IMG/VR virus record: IMGVR_UViG_3300037486_000366
Coordinates: 1-61,175 of that record
Reading direction: 5' to 3' (one strand)
Length of the DNA: 61,175 nt
From: a virus
Taxonomy: Duplodnaviria; Caudoviricetes
Shown: in pieces, positions 26,148 through 36,700 of the stretch
How positions within the stretch are numbered: the stretch's first letter is position 1
How the letters are laid out: the number at the start of each line of letters is the position of its first letter
Position numbers and translations under genes: made by a program
Notes under the pieces: generated by a model
Told to the model about the DNA's origin: nothing
Database searches by the model: none
The model's input: only the letters and a program-made list of their open reading frames with translations

Positions 26148-27629
26148 ATGGGGACATTACAATATCCTTTCAAGTTAAAGCCATTTGAACACCAGTTAAA
26201 AGTGTGGAATATTAGTTGTGATTTACAAAGTTATGCTTTATTTATGGACATGGGAACTGGTAAAAGTAAAGTTATAATTGATAGCGCCGCCTTTTTATAC
26301 GACAAAGGAAAGATAGATGGTTTACTTGTTCTAGCTCCAAAGGGAGTATATCGAACTTGGTATGATATAGATCCTGATACCAATGACCCTATCGGTGAGA
26401 TACCTACTCACTTACCTACACATATCAAGTATTATGCTACATGGTGGTCAGCTTATAAAACGAAAGAAAAACTTCTTTCCTATAAACCATTTTGGGAAGT
26501 GTCTGAGGACTTACATATTCTTTTAATGAACATAGAAGCCTTGTCAAATAAAGGTGAAGCAAATGTACTTGCCCGTAGGTTCTTATCAAGTCATCGTTGC
26601 ATGATGGTTATTGATGAATCGACTACAATAAAAAATTTAAAAGCACAACGTACTATTTCAAGTATTAATCTTGGTAGATTTGCTATTGCAAAACGTATAG
26701 CTACAGGTATGCCAACAACAAGGTCACCAATGGATTTATATGCTCAATGCTATTTTTTAGACCCACACCTACTTGGTTTCTCAAGTTATTATGCATTTAG
26801 AGCACGGTATGCTATCATGCAAAAAATGCACCTTGGAAAAAGATCATTTGATAAGGTTGTAGGTTATCAAAGACTTGATGAGTTAACTGAAAAACTTAAG
26901 GAGTTTAGTTTCAGAATAACAAAAGAAGAGTGCCTTGATTTACCTCCCAAGCTTTATCAATATCGAGAAGTGGAACTTTCACATGAGCAAAGCCTTGTCT
27001 ATAAGCAAATGAAACAATTAGCGATGGCTCAATTAGATGCTGCAACAGTGGTAACAGCTACTATGGTAATGGTTAAGATACAGAAACTCCATGAAATTAC
27101 TTGTGGGTTTTTAAAAGATCCTGTAACAGGAAAAATACGCCCATTAAAAAATGATAGACTAGAAAACTTAATGGAAATACTCGATGAAACATCTGGTAAA
27201 ATTATTATCTGGGCAACATATACTTATAATATAGAAGAGATATATACTGCAATTGCTAAGGAATATGGTACTGAAACAGTAATGCATTTTTATGGTAGTA
27301 CAAGTGATGATGATAGAGAACTAGCAAAACGTAGATTTCAGAATCCAACTGATTCGTTAAGATTTCTTGTAGCAAACCCATCAACAGGTCGGTTCGGGAT
27401 GACTCTTACTGAAGCAAAAACATTTATTTATTATAGTAATAATCATGATTTAGAGCATCGCGTTCAGTCAGAGGACAGAGCACATAGAATCGGGCAAACT
27501 AAAAATCTATTAATTATTGACCTTATAACTCGTGGTACGGTTGATGAAAAAATTATCAAGAACCTACGGGAAAAGAAAACCATTGCGGATAAGATAATGG
27601 GTGATGGGTATAGGGAGTGGTTAAAATGA
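26148..27629 (+). CDS. SNF2-family (SF2) helicase
   Basis: MDMGTGKS, IDES, TG.P, QSEDRAHRIGQ. Confidence 0.94.
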   Translation: MGTLQYPFKLKPFEHQLKVWNISCDLQSYALFMDMGTGKSKVIIDSAAFLYDKGKIDGLLVLAPKGVYRTWYDIDPDTNDPIGEIPTHLPTHIKYYATWWSAYKTKEKLLSYKPFWEVSEDLHILLMNIEALSNKGEANVLARRFLSSHRCMMVIDESTTIKNLKAQRTISSINLGRFAIAKRIATGMPTTRSPMDLYAQCYFLDPHLLGFSSYYAFRARYAIMQKMHLGKRSFDKVVGYQRLDELTEKLKEFSFRITKEECLDLPPKLYQYREVELSHEQSLVYKQMKQLAMAQLDAATVVTATMVMVKIQKLHEITCGFLKDPVTGKIRPLKNDRLENLMEILDETSGKIIIWATYTYNIEEIYTAIAKEYGTETVMHFYGSTSDDDRELAKRRFQNPTDSLRFLVANPSTGRFGMTLTEAKTFIYYSNNHDLEHRVQSEDRAHRIGQTKNLLIIDLITRGTVDEKIIKNLREKKTIADKIMGDGYREWLK

Positions 27630-27889
27630 TACTAGATCAATTTGGTAGACCTGTAAGAAATAAGTGGGATGACTGGGGATCTATTGCCCTGGAGAGAGCT
27701 GCAATTGCAATAACTAATATTTGTAAGGAAAAAACTTTTCCAGGTCAAAGTCTTATTTTAGATCAGCATGGGAAACCAATCACATCTAAGAAAGGTGAAA
27801 TGATTAAGTTTAGAAGATACACTCCTTTTAAAATTGACCAAGATACTTTTAGGCGAGAGTATATGGGTGATTGGAACGTTGACGAATAA
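27626..27889 (+). CDS. 87-aa protein with capsid-like and terminase-like peptide segments
   Basis: GGGAG RBS, ATGA overlap with SNF2 stop; see findings. Confidence 0.65.
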   Translation: MILDQFGRPVRNKWDDWGSIALERAAIAITNICKEKTFPGQSLILDQHGKPITSKKGEMIKFRRYTPFKIDQDTFRREYMGDWNVDE

Positions 27890-28046
27890 TTATCTTTAGC
27901 CTTTTTCTTCTAAATAAACATCGAAAAATATTATGATACCGGCTCCCACAGTAATCACATTTTAAATTTATGCTAAGCTTTGACAACTTTACCGGTCTCG
28001 GCCGTGTACCCCTCAACTTTGCCATCCGAACCAGCTCCAAGACCAT
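27849..28046 (-). CDS. Possible small basic protein with CCHC zinc knuckle
   Basis: CDYCGSRYHNIFRC matches C-x2-C-x4-H-x4-C; RBS unclear; 3' end overlaps an opposite-strand gene. Confidence 0.3.
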   Translation of the reverse strand: MVLELVRMAKLRGTRPRPVKLSKLSINLKCDYCGSRYHNIFRCLFRRKRLKIIIRQRSNHPYTLA

Positions 28047-28050
28047 AAGT

Positions 28051-28082
28051 GTGGGGCAAGGAACCGAAGTCCCTTACCCCAC
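28051..28082 (-). terminator. UUCG-tetraloop hairpin at the end of the late arm
   Basis: Minus strand GUGGGGUAAGGGAC-UUCG-GUUCCUUGCCCCAC, 14-bp stem whose two wobble pairs form only on the minus strand. Confidence 0.75.
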
Positions 28083-28122
28083 CGCACCAAGACAAGGAGC
28101 CAAGGCACGAGGCACGTATGTA

Positions 28123-28404
28123 CTACATGTTAGGTTTCCATTTAGGAGCAGGAGGTTTTTTAATAAATACCGGCTTAACTGTTAAATCTTTTGCTGGCAT
28201 TATAAATGTACAAGTTTTACTTGTATTCCCTTCCTGACATATAACACCTTCCCAACGAATAAACCTACTGTCTGGGCACGCTTTCACAGTAAGAACTTCT
28301 TTAGTCCCTTCAAGTAATTTCGCTGAACATTGTGCATATGCTAACGTGGTAAGGGACAGGGCCCAAATAACTGCAACCACCAGCATAATAACTTTCTTAA
28401 CCAT
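28123..28404 (-). CDS. Secreted small protein, InlB B-repeat-like domain
   Basis: Signal peptide MVKKVIMLVVAVIWALSLTTLAYA; LTV.A...SRF..WEG..C......C.F.M...TV...F. Confidence 0.6.
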   Translation of the reverse strand: MVKKVIMLVVAVIWALSLTTLAYAQCSAKLLEGTKEVLTVKACPDSRFIRWEGVICQEGNTSKTCTFIMPAKDLTVKPVFIKKPPAPKWKPNM

Positions 28405-28405
28405 T

Positions 28406-28744
28406 CTATTTTTTCCATTTTGGCGCAGGTGGAGCAGTGAAATCGAAAAAATTTGTGAGTACATCCACGTCACTAGTATTTCCTTCTTTGTCGATAGATG
28501 CAACACCAAGTACCCAGTCCCCTTCAACAGTAATAGGCACTTGAGCAGGAATATTTACTCCATACAAAAGTACTCCCTGCTCATACACAATATCAACAGA
28601 CGGTACTTCTGGTAGAGCATTTAAGTCCGCATCAATTATAGGTCCTGGAGCAGGAGCATAATACACTCTGATATTTTCAACATCTGCTAATGCGGGAACA
28701 TCTGGAAGAACGAAAAACCTTGTCTTGCTTACTATTTTAGCCAT
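28406..28744 (-). CDS. Small fibronectin-III-like beta-sandwich protein
   Basis: RVYY...GDW.LGV.SID.EGN.SD...FDFTAP.AP pattern; GGAGG RBS. Confidence 0.6.
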   Translation of the reverse strand: MAKIVSKTRFFVLPDVPALADVENIRVYYAPAPGPIIDADLNALPEVPSVDIVYEQGVLLYGVNIPAQVPITVEGDWVLGVASIDKEGNTSDVDVLTNFFDFTAPPAPKWKK

Positions 28745-28746
28745 TT

Positions 28747-29142
28747 TTAACCTCCAATTAATTGAATATGACCTGCGTCATAAGTAAATTTATATTTGCC
28801 ACCCCACTCTAAACCTAGTTTTTCTGCAAGTAAACCAAGTTCTTTATAGTCTGCCATTTCATCATGATCAAAATCAACTGTAGTGTCCCAACAAATTTTA
28901 CCGTCATGTAATAAAACAAAATCACAGGCTTTAGAAGCTGGTTTACCATTAACAACAAAGTTATGTGGCCCGACGCGTCGTTTAGATTTCTTAGCCAAAT
29001 AAAGAGCTTCTTGTTCTATAGAATTTCGCCATGTACAAATAAGCAAAATATCATGACCAAGTATTTTAGCTTCTTTTTCAAATGCAAACCACAAAGCTCG
29101 CATCTCAGGGCAAAGATGTTTTATATCTCTACTAGCCACCAC
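28747..29142 (-). CDS. Endolysin, M15 family (L-Ala-D-Glu peptidase-like)
   Basis: TWRN..EQ.ALY, H(NF)...ACD, GLEWGG...DAGHIQL. Confidence 0.85.
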   Translation of the reverse strand: MVASRDIKHLCPEMRALWFAFEKEAKILGHDILLICTWRNSIEQEALYLAKKSKRRVGPHNFVVNGKPASKACDFVLLHDGKICWDTTVDFDHDEMADYKELGLLAEKLGLEWGGKYKFTYDAGHIQLIGG

Positions 29143-29151
29143 AAGACCTCC

Positions 29152-29568
29152 TTACATAATATAAGGAGTAAAATCAACGTTACCCCCACCTGCACCGGGG
29201 TCACCTGAACAAGTTAATGTTACTGTAACCTCTCCACCAGCAAGGGGTAAACCTGGAGCCATATTAGTGGACTGAGGATATAGTGGATAGGTTGCATTGC
29301 GTGCTTTAGCACCACTATTATAAATCTCAAGTCCATCTGGATCCGTAATTTTAATTGTAATAGTAACGGCATTTGTAAAGTTAGGAACCTTTAAGACACA
29401 GAACGGCATAAAGAAGCCATCAGCACAGTCCATTGTAAATGATGGTGTTAACTGGGCCCCTGCTGCACCATTCGGAACGTTCTCTGTTTGTTTCGGACAT
29501 TTGAAAATTACATGAGGGGATTTCGGGTTTCCTAAAAGTCTTGCTCTGTTTAAATTAATATCTGCCAT
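29152..29568 (-). CDS. Putative virion beta-sandwich protein
   Basis: GGAGG RBS; G/T/P-rich beta-strand composition in the structural arm. Confidence 0.6.
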   Translation of the reverse strand: MADINLNRARLLGNPKSPHVIFKCPKQTENVPNGAAGAQLTPSFTMDCADGFFMPFCVLKVPNFTNAVTITIKITDPDGLEIYNSGAKARNATYPLYPQSTNMAPGLPLAGGEVTVTLTCSGDPGAGGGNVDFTPYIM

Positions 29569-29580
29569 AAGTATCCTCCA

Positions 29581-30081
29581 TTATTTAAGTCCTAAAAATT
29601 TTGCCACTGTTAATGTCTTCATTAGTTGAGCTGCTTGTTCAGTAGTTAAACTACCTGTTAAAGGTATCTCCATTAGCTGGTCATGTTCTTCTGTGGTTAA
29701 TCCACCACTACCACCTGAATCAAAACTGATTGCTTGTACTGGTTGCTGATAATTAATTCGCACAACATAACTACCTGTAGTATTATTAAATGGGTCACCA
29801 CCGCCATTTACCAATAGAATGCCATCTCCTATTGTAAGCGTATGATGTGCTTCTTGCGGCTTTATCCTCCAACCATTCATAAGAAAGGCATAGATGGGTA
29901 TCTTAGTTCCTGTGGAGATATCTATATCGTCACCACCTACCTGCATAAATGCAGGTAAATATTTTGAATTATCTCCTGTAAGAAACCAATCTACCCATCT
30001 ACTCCATATATCACGCACCGACAGGGCAACCGTCCCTGCCGATAACGTCATCACTTTTGTTGCTCCATCGAAAGAAATCAT
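29581..30081 (-). CDS. Putative tail-associated protein
   Basis: Structural arm; IWSRWVDW...KY segment resembles the N-terminus of the upstream gene. Confidence 0.6.
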   Translation of the reverse strand: MISFDGATKVMTLSAGTVALSVRDIWSRWVDWFLTGDNSKYLPAFMQVGGDDIDISTGTKIPIYAFLMNGWRIKPQEAHHTLTIGDGILLVNGGGDPFNNTTGSYVVRINYQQPVQAISFDSGGSGGLTTEEHDQLMEIPLTGSLTTEQAAQLMKTLTVAKFLGLK

Positions 30082-31730
30082 TATGCAATATAACCTCTAT
30101 CTTGTTCAGCTGTAAGCGTAATAGAAATAGATTTGCTTTCAGTAATAAGACCTGTTGCAACAACTGGTTTCGCTGAGCCTGCATTTCCTGCAACAACTGT
30201 TACGGCTGCATCTGTGTCAGGGGTTCGACCTCCCTGATTATTACCAGTATAATCAAAACTAAACGAGATTGCCCCAGCAGTAATTGTTCCTTGTATTGGG
30301 TTGCCATCTTTATCATTTACTGTTACAGCAGTCGCAGTACCATAGTTACCTGTCGGGTTTGTAGTGAAATACATTCGATAGTAACCAGTACTTCCAGCAG
30401 TTAAGAATGAGTTAAAGTTTAAATTACCAGCTGATGAATACGGGTATTCTCTCGTAACATAACTATTATCATAAAATACTATACTGTTAAGATCTGCATC
30501 CTGAAGACCCTGTACAAGGACTCCTGTACCACCCCCTGCTGGATTTGTTGGTGTATAAAAACCACACTTCAAGGATGCGCCAACAAAATTAAGCAACATA
30601 GAAGCTGTTTTACCATTAACACTTGTTACTGCAGCATTTATATTACTGTCTTGCCGTAACTGGTACTGAATTTTTGTATATATCTCTGCTAATGTTGCAA
30701 CGGTTGGAGAAGCGAGTTTTGCTGTGAAAGAAAGATTTGAGCCAGCAGCAATTGTTCCTGTAACTGTAATTGTTGTAGCAGTATTACCGGTAATTGGGAA
30801 AGAAACATTTTTATCTGTGCCTTCATAAATTGTAAGTGTTCCTCCAACAAAGGCAGCAGCTGTCATTCCCCCTTCAGCACTTGTAAGTACTGAAGCACCA
30901 CCAGGAGCTGAACCATCAATACCTGAATGAGTACCAACATCAACTACTATCCCAAAGTTTCGTAATGTAGTATCATTAATGTCTCTTGAAAATGCGCCAG
31001 TAAAATATCTTATTTTAATTGCTGTGTATGGGGAAATAGTTCCGACATTAGTGTCATTATCTGTAATATTTAAGTCTGCCCCAACCGCAATTGGCAATGC
31101 GACTTTATACGCACCAGTTCCAGATTCACCAACATCGCCAAGAGCAGCATCATCATAAGTATAATTATATTCTCGGCAAAACAATTTAAAATAGGCATTC
31201 TCAGCAGGGTCTGGTGTTCCACCATCTTCGAAAATTTTAATTGCTTCATTTGGGGCATCATCGTAGGTAAAGTCTGCTGCTATCCCAGTTGTTGTGGTCT
31301 GATAATAGAACTGTGCACCAGTAGGATACCCAGAGGCAAGAGCAACCATACCAACGTATGTGCGGTCAAGTGTACCATTGGCAAGATATTCTTGCCATCC
31401 AGCATCACGTATCATTTGCCTACTTGTGTCATCAAGTGGAACCCAGCCATTATAAGTACCACCAGGATCCTGTCCAAAGATATACTGACCAGAACGAGCA
31501 TCAATAATATTCATCGGAAATGGGTACTTATTATATGCTGATGTCGTCCATAGATCGACCATTTTCGCCCAGATAGCATTACCCGATACTCCATCCTTAG
31601 CAACAAGTGAACCATAAGGTTCAAGGGCAATAGTTTTATTAGTAGTGTTCAACCATATGTTTCCATCAATACCTAAATTACCTTCAGTTGAAGATACTAC
31701 CAAATCATCAGGATCAATTATTTTTGCCAT
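30081..31730 (-). CDS. Putative tail/baseplate-like structural protein
   Basis: 549 aa, G/T/N/A-rich; GGAGG RBS. Confidence 0.65.
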   Translation of the reverse strand: MAKIIDPDDLVVSSTEGNLGIDGNIWLNTTNKTIALEPYGSLVAKDGVSGNAIWAKMVDLWTTSAYNKYPFPMNIIDARSGQYIFGQDPGGTYNGWVPLDDTSRQMIRDAGWQEYLANGTLDRTYVGMVALASGYPTGAQFYYQTTTTGIAADFTYDDAPNEAIKIFEDGGTPDPAENAYFKLFCREYNYTYDDAALGDVGESGTGAYKVALPIAVGADLNITDNDTNVGTISPYTAIKIRYFTGAFSRDINDTTLRNFGIVVDVGTHSGIDGSAPGGASVLTSAEGGMTAAAFVGGTLTIYEGTDKNVSFPITGNTATTITVTGTIAAGSNLSFTAKLASPTVATLAEIYTKIQYQLRQDSNINAAVTSVNGKTASMLLNFVGASLKCGFYTPTNPAGGGTGVLVQGLQDADLNSIVFYDNSYVTREYPYSSAGNLNFNSFLTAGSTGYYRMYFTTNPTGNYGTATAVTVNDKDGNPIQGTITAGAISFSFDYTGNNQGGRTPDTDAAVTVVAGNAGSAKPVVATGLITESKSISITLTAEQDRGYIA

Positions 31731-31848
31731 CGTAAACCTCCCTTAATATTTGAGACTTTAATTACACGTACTGTTATTTCTAATTCTTTTTTATTTTCTT
31801 CTTCAGAGGGTTCCTTTTTTTCTTCTTCTTTTTCACTCATTTTTACCC

Positions 31849-33441
31849 CTATGCTAAATAATATCTATCAATCTCTTGTGCAATTGGTAGACTCACTGCA
31901 TCAGCAGAAAGTTCATATGAACGAGAATAATATGGAACATACCCAGCTTTAAATACTCCTATATCTACAAGTTCTCCAGCATCAGCACCATCATACCCAT
32001 ACACATATGTTGTTCCAGGGTTTGCATCTACATTAACTCTTTCAGTTGATGTTCCTGCATCAAGAATAACTATATCAGAACCAGTAATAAGACCTGTTAG
32101 TGTCAGATTGACTGTATTAACTACAGAAACAGTTGCTCCATCTGTCCTATAACTTATTGTTCCAGTACATCCACTAACATTAATAGTTACTGTTCCAGTT
32201 GTCCTTTTAATATGTAACGCACTACTATTAACATTATTTGACGCACTAAATCCAGAAAACGTTATGCCACTTAAGTTTAACGTTGTTGGTGAGGATGTGC
32301 CAAACTCTATTGCATGATGATCATTAGTCCCCTTTACAAAGGTCATATCATCTAAAAGTCCAGATGGGTCTGTAGCTACATTCCATACTACTGCGGAAGC
32401 ATTAGCAGCTACAGTAGAAGCATCTACAGTACTTCCTGTTAAATTGCTACCAGGAGCAGTAATTGCAGCGCACCTTCTAAAGGTACAATCAAGAGCAGCA
32501 GTTCCTGCCAATAGGGTAAAGGTAGACATGTCGGTAAACACACATGTTTGAAGATTAACATCCGCATTATCTGTTACTACAAATGTTCCTTTAGATACTG
32601 TACCTAATGCCGTAACATTTATATTTGTCCAGTCTACTCGAGTTGATACGTTGCGTATTTCAAAACCATTAAATGAAGCTGCTACTTTTCTTGTATTTTG
32701 GATAACTATGTTTCTATTAGAATCACGGAAGTCACATACAGCTCCGTACCCAATGATAAATAATCCTTTCATTAAATACCCAGCTGTAACCGCTTGAAAC
32801 TGCCCCCACCTATTATACCCAGCCGTTGCATCATTTGCATCGTTTTTAGCAGCAGCCCCAACAAAGGTTGCATAATTAGCTGTTTCTCCACCAGATACTC
32901 GGAACTCTCTACCATATCTAAAGGCATCAACAAGACATGGGCTGCCTTTAGTAATAGCATCTGAATTATAAAATGCCGCTCCAAACCATTGTTTAGTCGT
33001 TGAAGGACTTCCTACAGTATCATCTGGTGTAACAACAGTATTGTCAACATCCACCGCTTCATTTATCCAACCTCCATATGTATAAAGGTCTTTTCCACCC
33101 ACATCCCAGCTATAAAACACGTTCTGAGCACTGCCACGCATAAGGCGGATACCACCATCTACATAGTCATATAACGTTTTCGGTGATGCCCAATAGAACC
33201 ATGCAAATACTGCTGCCGGAGAAGTAATAGTAAGACCACCAGCAGCATCAAATATCATACCACCAATGCCAGTAGCATTAAATGCTTTAGAAACTGCCCC
33301 TGTACCCTGAACAAAGTTTTCAGTGTCTGCTCCAGGTGTGGCTCCATATGTCCAGCCCGTAGCGGTAGGTTCGACCCATGTACCTATTGCATCACAAAGA
33401 CTTATTGTTTGTAAATCTGTTGCATATGTCGGTGCTGCCAT
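31849..33441 (-). CDS. Putative tail spike / beta-helix receptor-binding protein
   Basis: 530 aa, beta-helix-like central part (CVFTDM, CTFRRC, ITFSG) and Ig-like C-terminus. Confidence 0.6.
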   Translation of the reverse strand: MAAPTYATDLQTISLCDAIGTWVEPTATGWTYGATPGADTENFVQGTGAVSKAFNATGIGGMIFDAAGGLTITSPAAVFAWFYWASPKTLYDYVDGGIRLMRGSAQNVFYSWDVGGKDLYTYGGWINEAVDVDNTVVTPDDTVGSPSTTKQWFGAAFYNSDAITKGSPCLVDAFRYGREFRVSGGETANYATFVGAAAKNDANDATAGYNRWGQFQAVTAGYLMKGLFIIGYGAVCDFRDSNRNIVIQNTRKVAASFNGFEIRNVSTRVDWTNINVTALGTVSKGTFVVTDNADVNLQTCVFTDMSTFTLLAGTAALDCTFRRCAAITAPGSNLTGSTVDASTVAANASAVVWNVATDPSGLLDDMTFVKGTNDHHAIEFGTSSPTTLNLSGITFSGFSASNNVNSSALHIKRTTGTVTINVSGCTGTISYRTDGATVSVVNTVNLTLTGLITGSDIVILDAGTSTERVNVDANPGTTYVYGYDGADAGELVDIGVFKAGYVPYYSRSYELSADAVSLPIAQEIDRYYLA

Positions 33442-33460
33442 ACATCTTCCCTATTAAAAA

Positions 33461-33700
33461 TTATATATAAGACAACGTTAAGTAATCAGACCAACGCTGA
33501 TTAAACCTATCATCACCATCAGGATATTTTATAATTAAGCTTGATGTTTCATCGAGACGTTTAATTTGCCAAACATATTCAGAATCAAGTGCTCCTGGTT
33601 TAGCTTTACCAATATATGTAATTGGGGCAACTTCAACCATTCTTAATGTATATTCTTGACTTATTATCCTAACTACTTCATGTCCAGCAAAAATTTCCAT
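33461..33700 (-). CDS. Small conserved phage protein
   Basis: TYIGKA.PG....VWQIKR...Y.DG...F...W. Confidence 0.65.
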   Translation of the reverse strand: MEIFAGHEVVRIISQEYTLRMVEVAPITYIGKAKPGALDSEYVWQIKRLDETSSLIIKYPDGDDRFNQRWSDYLTLSYI

Positions 33701-36700
33701 TATTCAAGTAACCTTACACGTTCTGCTTTATTAGGAACATATAGTGCTTTAGCTTGACGTTTAAGTGATTCTTTAGTAATCACTGGAACTTGTCCACCCA
33801 GATTATATCTTACCACAAGATTATTATATTGTACAACTTTATCCATCGTCTTCTGTAACATTTTAGAATCATTTGACATTAATGAATTACGATACTGCTC
33901 ATAAATGTCATCACGCATTTGAGTAAAGTTTTCCCGTTCCATGAGGGCTTCTGATCGTCTCTCTACCATAGTAGCTTGCTGAGCAGATCTAAATCCTAGA
34001 ACCCGTGCCCCAGTCTCAAATGCACTTGCTTTATAAGGCATTCCTTGATTATTAAATACTGGTGTACCTTTGGTTGTAGTTACACCAGAAAGTTCTCTAT
34101 ATGCCTTAAATAAATTACCAATACCAGTTGGTAAAGTCTTTTCCGCAGCTCTACCATATTCTCCTAACTTAGTATAATGTAAAGCATCGCCCACATCTTT
34201 CACTAGTCCACCACCTACACCAAGTAACTCATACATATTTCGTGGTAGTCCAGCATTAATGTTTAATGATCCAGACACATCTAATCCAAGGGCTCCAATG
34301 AGTCCGTGTCTCAAGATAGTTTCTGATGATTTCCCCATGGATTTACGTGTCTTGTCCCAGAACCATTTTTCAGCATCAACCTTTATTCCTAGCAATCTTA
34401 ACAGGGCATTAAAGATACCTACCCAAATATCTTTAAGTGGGGCTACAGCCATACCTGCTAAGAAAATAGGAGACATTAAACCATATAAGAAGCCTTTAAC
34501 ATTCTTCTTTTTGAAACCAACATCATAAAGCATCTGTAAATAATTATGGGGAAACTTCTGGAATGTATACAGCATCTGAAATAATTTAGCTGCTGGATTT
34601 TTCCCTAACGCATACGAAGGTAATGTTGCCTTACCATACACAGCATGTGCTTTATTAGAAGCATCATATGCTTTTGCTACAGCTTCATCATGAGTAAGGT
34701 CAGGATTATTTTTCTTTGCTAATCTATATGCTGCAAGTATTGTTGAACCTCTAATCCATTGTTCTGATTTCTTAAACCCAAACAAGGCTAAACCAAGGGA
34801 CTGGTTCCAAATACGGCCATGGGTTCTTTGTAACGTGCCCATAGCGTCTTGCATATATTGAGGCATATCATAGCCTTTTTCATGTATCTCATCAACAAGT
34901 TTCTGTTCATTAGCATTAGGTAATTCTTGTCCACGCATAACACCGATGTAGTCTTTACTTGAACGAGTAATTTCTGCTCCAATACTTGCTAAACTACCTT
35001 TACCGCCCATAACATATTGATGAATAGCAGTAGGAACAGTGGTTCCAAGGGCAAGCACATTGACAAATAATGTTCGGGGGTTAAACCCGAGATATTTAAA
35101 AGAAGCTACAGATTTAGCATAACCAATTAATCTATCAGTATTATCTGCATTACGTAATTGTTCTTCAACATATTTAGTAGCTACTTCATAAGCACGTCTT
35201 TCTTTTTGTTCGTCAATTCCACCGACTTTCTTTTTACTACCCTCTTCGTCAGTAACATACTTACCAGTAATTGTGCTGAACATATTTTTAGCTGCTTCAG
35301 CTTTAGCTAGTCCAGCAGAAATATTTCCCACATACCTAACAAACCGTTCGCCTGGATCTACGATATAACCTCGGACTATTTTATCCTTACGTCGACGAAT
35401 CATCGACCCTCTAAATCCTCGAGCTTTAATTATATCTGCAATATTATCAAGCAGTTCATTTTCAAACTTCATCCTTAGTTCAGGAGCTTCAAGTTTAGTT
35501 CCTTTCATTGCTAGATTAATTGCTTGATGTATACTAACAAGGCGTAAGTTACCATAAACATCTTCATGAAGTCGTTCACGTTCTTTTATCGGTTCAATAG
35601 TAAAACCTTGACGGGTAAGTGATGCAGCTAAACGTTCTGCAGCTAACCTATTCGATTTATGATAACGAACTTCTTCTTCTTCACCACGTTTACCTACTAC
35701 TTCCCATTCACCTACTTCACGTAAACGAGGAGCATAGGAACCTTTTAATTGTCCCATTGTGTGAAGAACTTCTTTAAGATTAACAGTAGTTATTTTTCCT
35801 TCTTCATCGTATGTTTGAAACTGAGGATATTGTGGTTTTTTATTTTTTGCTTTAGCTTCATCTTCTACCTCAGTTACTGTTTTAACTAAGGGCTCCATAA
35901 GTAAATCTAAAGCCTTGTCATATGCTACTCTATGTGCCTTATATAACTCAAGTACATCTTGTGGAATATTTTGATTCTCAAGATATTGCAAATATGACAT
36001 ATCAGGATTATCTACTTTCTCTCTCCATTCACCTGTATCACCTTCATCAACTATACGAGAAAATAGCTTATAATCATCTGATGTTTCCCCTCTAACTATT
36101 TGCCACCGTGTAAGACCTTTATTTCTAAGAGCAGTTGTTCGCTGAGAAACAGTCTCATCAGAATTTTCAATTTCATCAAGGGTATGAAATAATTCATAGT
36201 AACGATCATGCCGTTTAATGGCAAGGTCAACAAGTTTACGTAGTACTGGATGACTGTACCATTCAGGAGAACGTAAAAGTCTTTCCATAAATGTCAAGGC
36301 TGGAAGATTTCGTGGACGCTGAGCTGAAATTGTTTTTAATAAAGCTTTCGCCTCTTCTCCCCAGAAGTTTTTAAGAACTGCTGGATCAAGCTCATTGAGA
36401 TTTGGGTCTAGCGTACCTTGCTTAGAAACCTTAGCATACTTAATTGGTTGTTTTGCTTTCTCTACTTGAACATTTTGCTTACGATACATTTCCTGAAATT
36501 CTGTGTTTGAGAAAGATCTCGAAGACCCGTCTGTAAACTCAATAACGAAAGTGTTAGTTGCCTCATTCTTGAAAACTTTATCTACTTTACGTAAACCTAT
36601 GATCTTATCAACACGTAACCTATTAGGTTGGATGAAGCCTTTCTTTTCGTTATATTCTCCAGCTCTAGGATTAGGTATCATTACTTTACCATAATCTTTT

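Noticed and set aside
5000-28000. Lysogeny module
   Set aside because: No integrase, serine recombinase, ParA or CI-like repressor motifs were recognised.
31718-31840. 40-aa charged minus-strand ORF (MSEKEEEKKEPSEEENKK...) between tail genes
   Set aside because: It fills the gap and may be real, but it is low-complexity with a weak RBS; not enough support to call.
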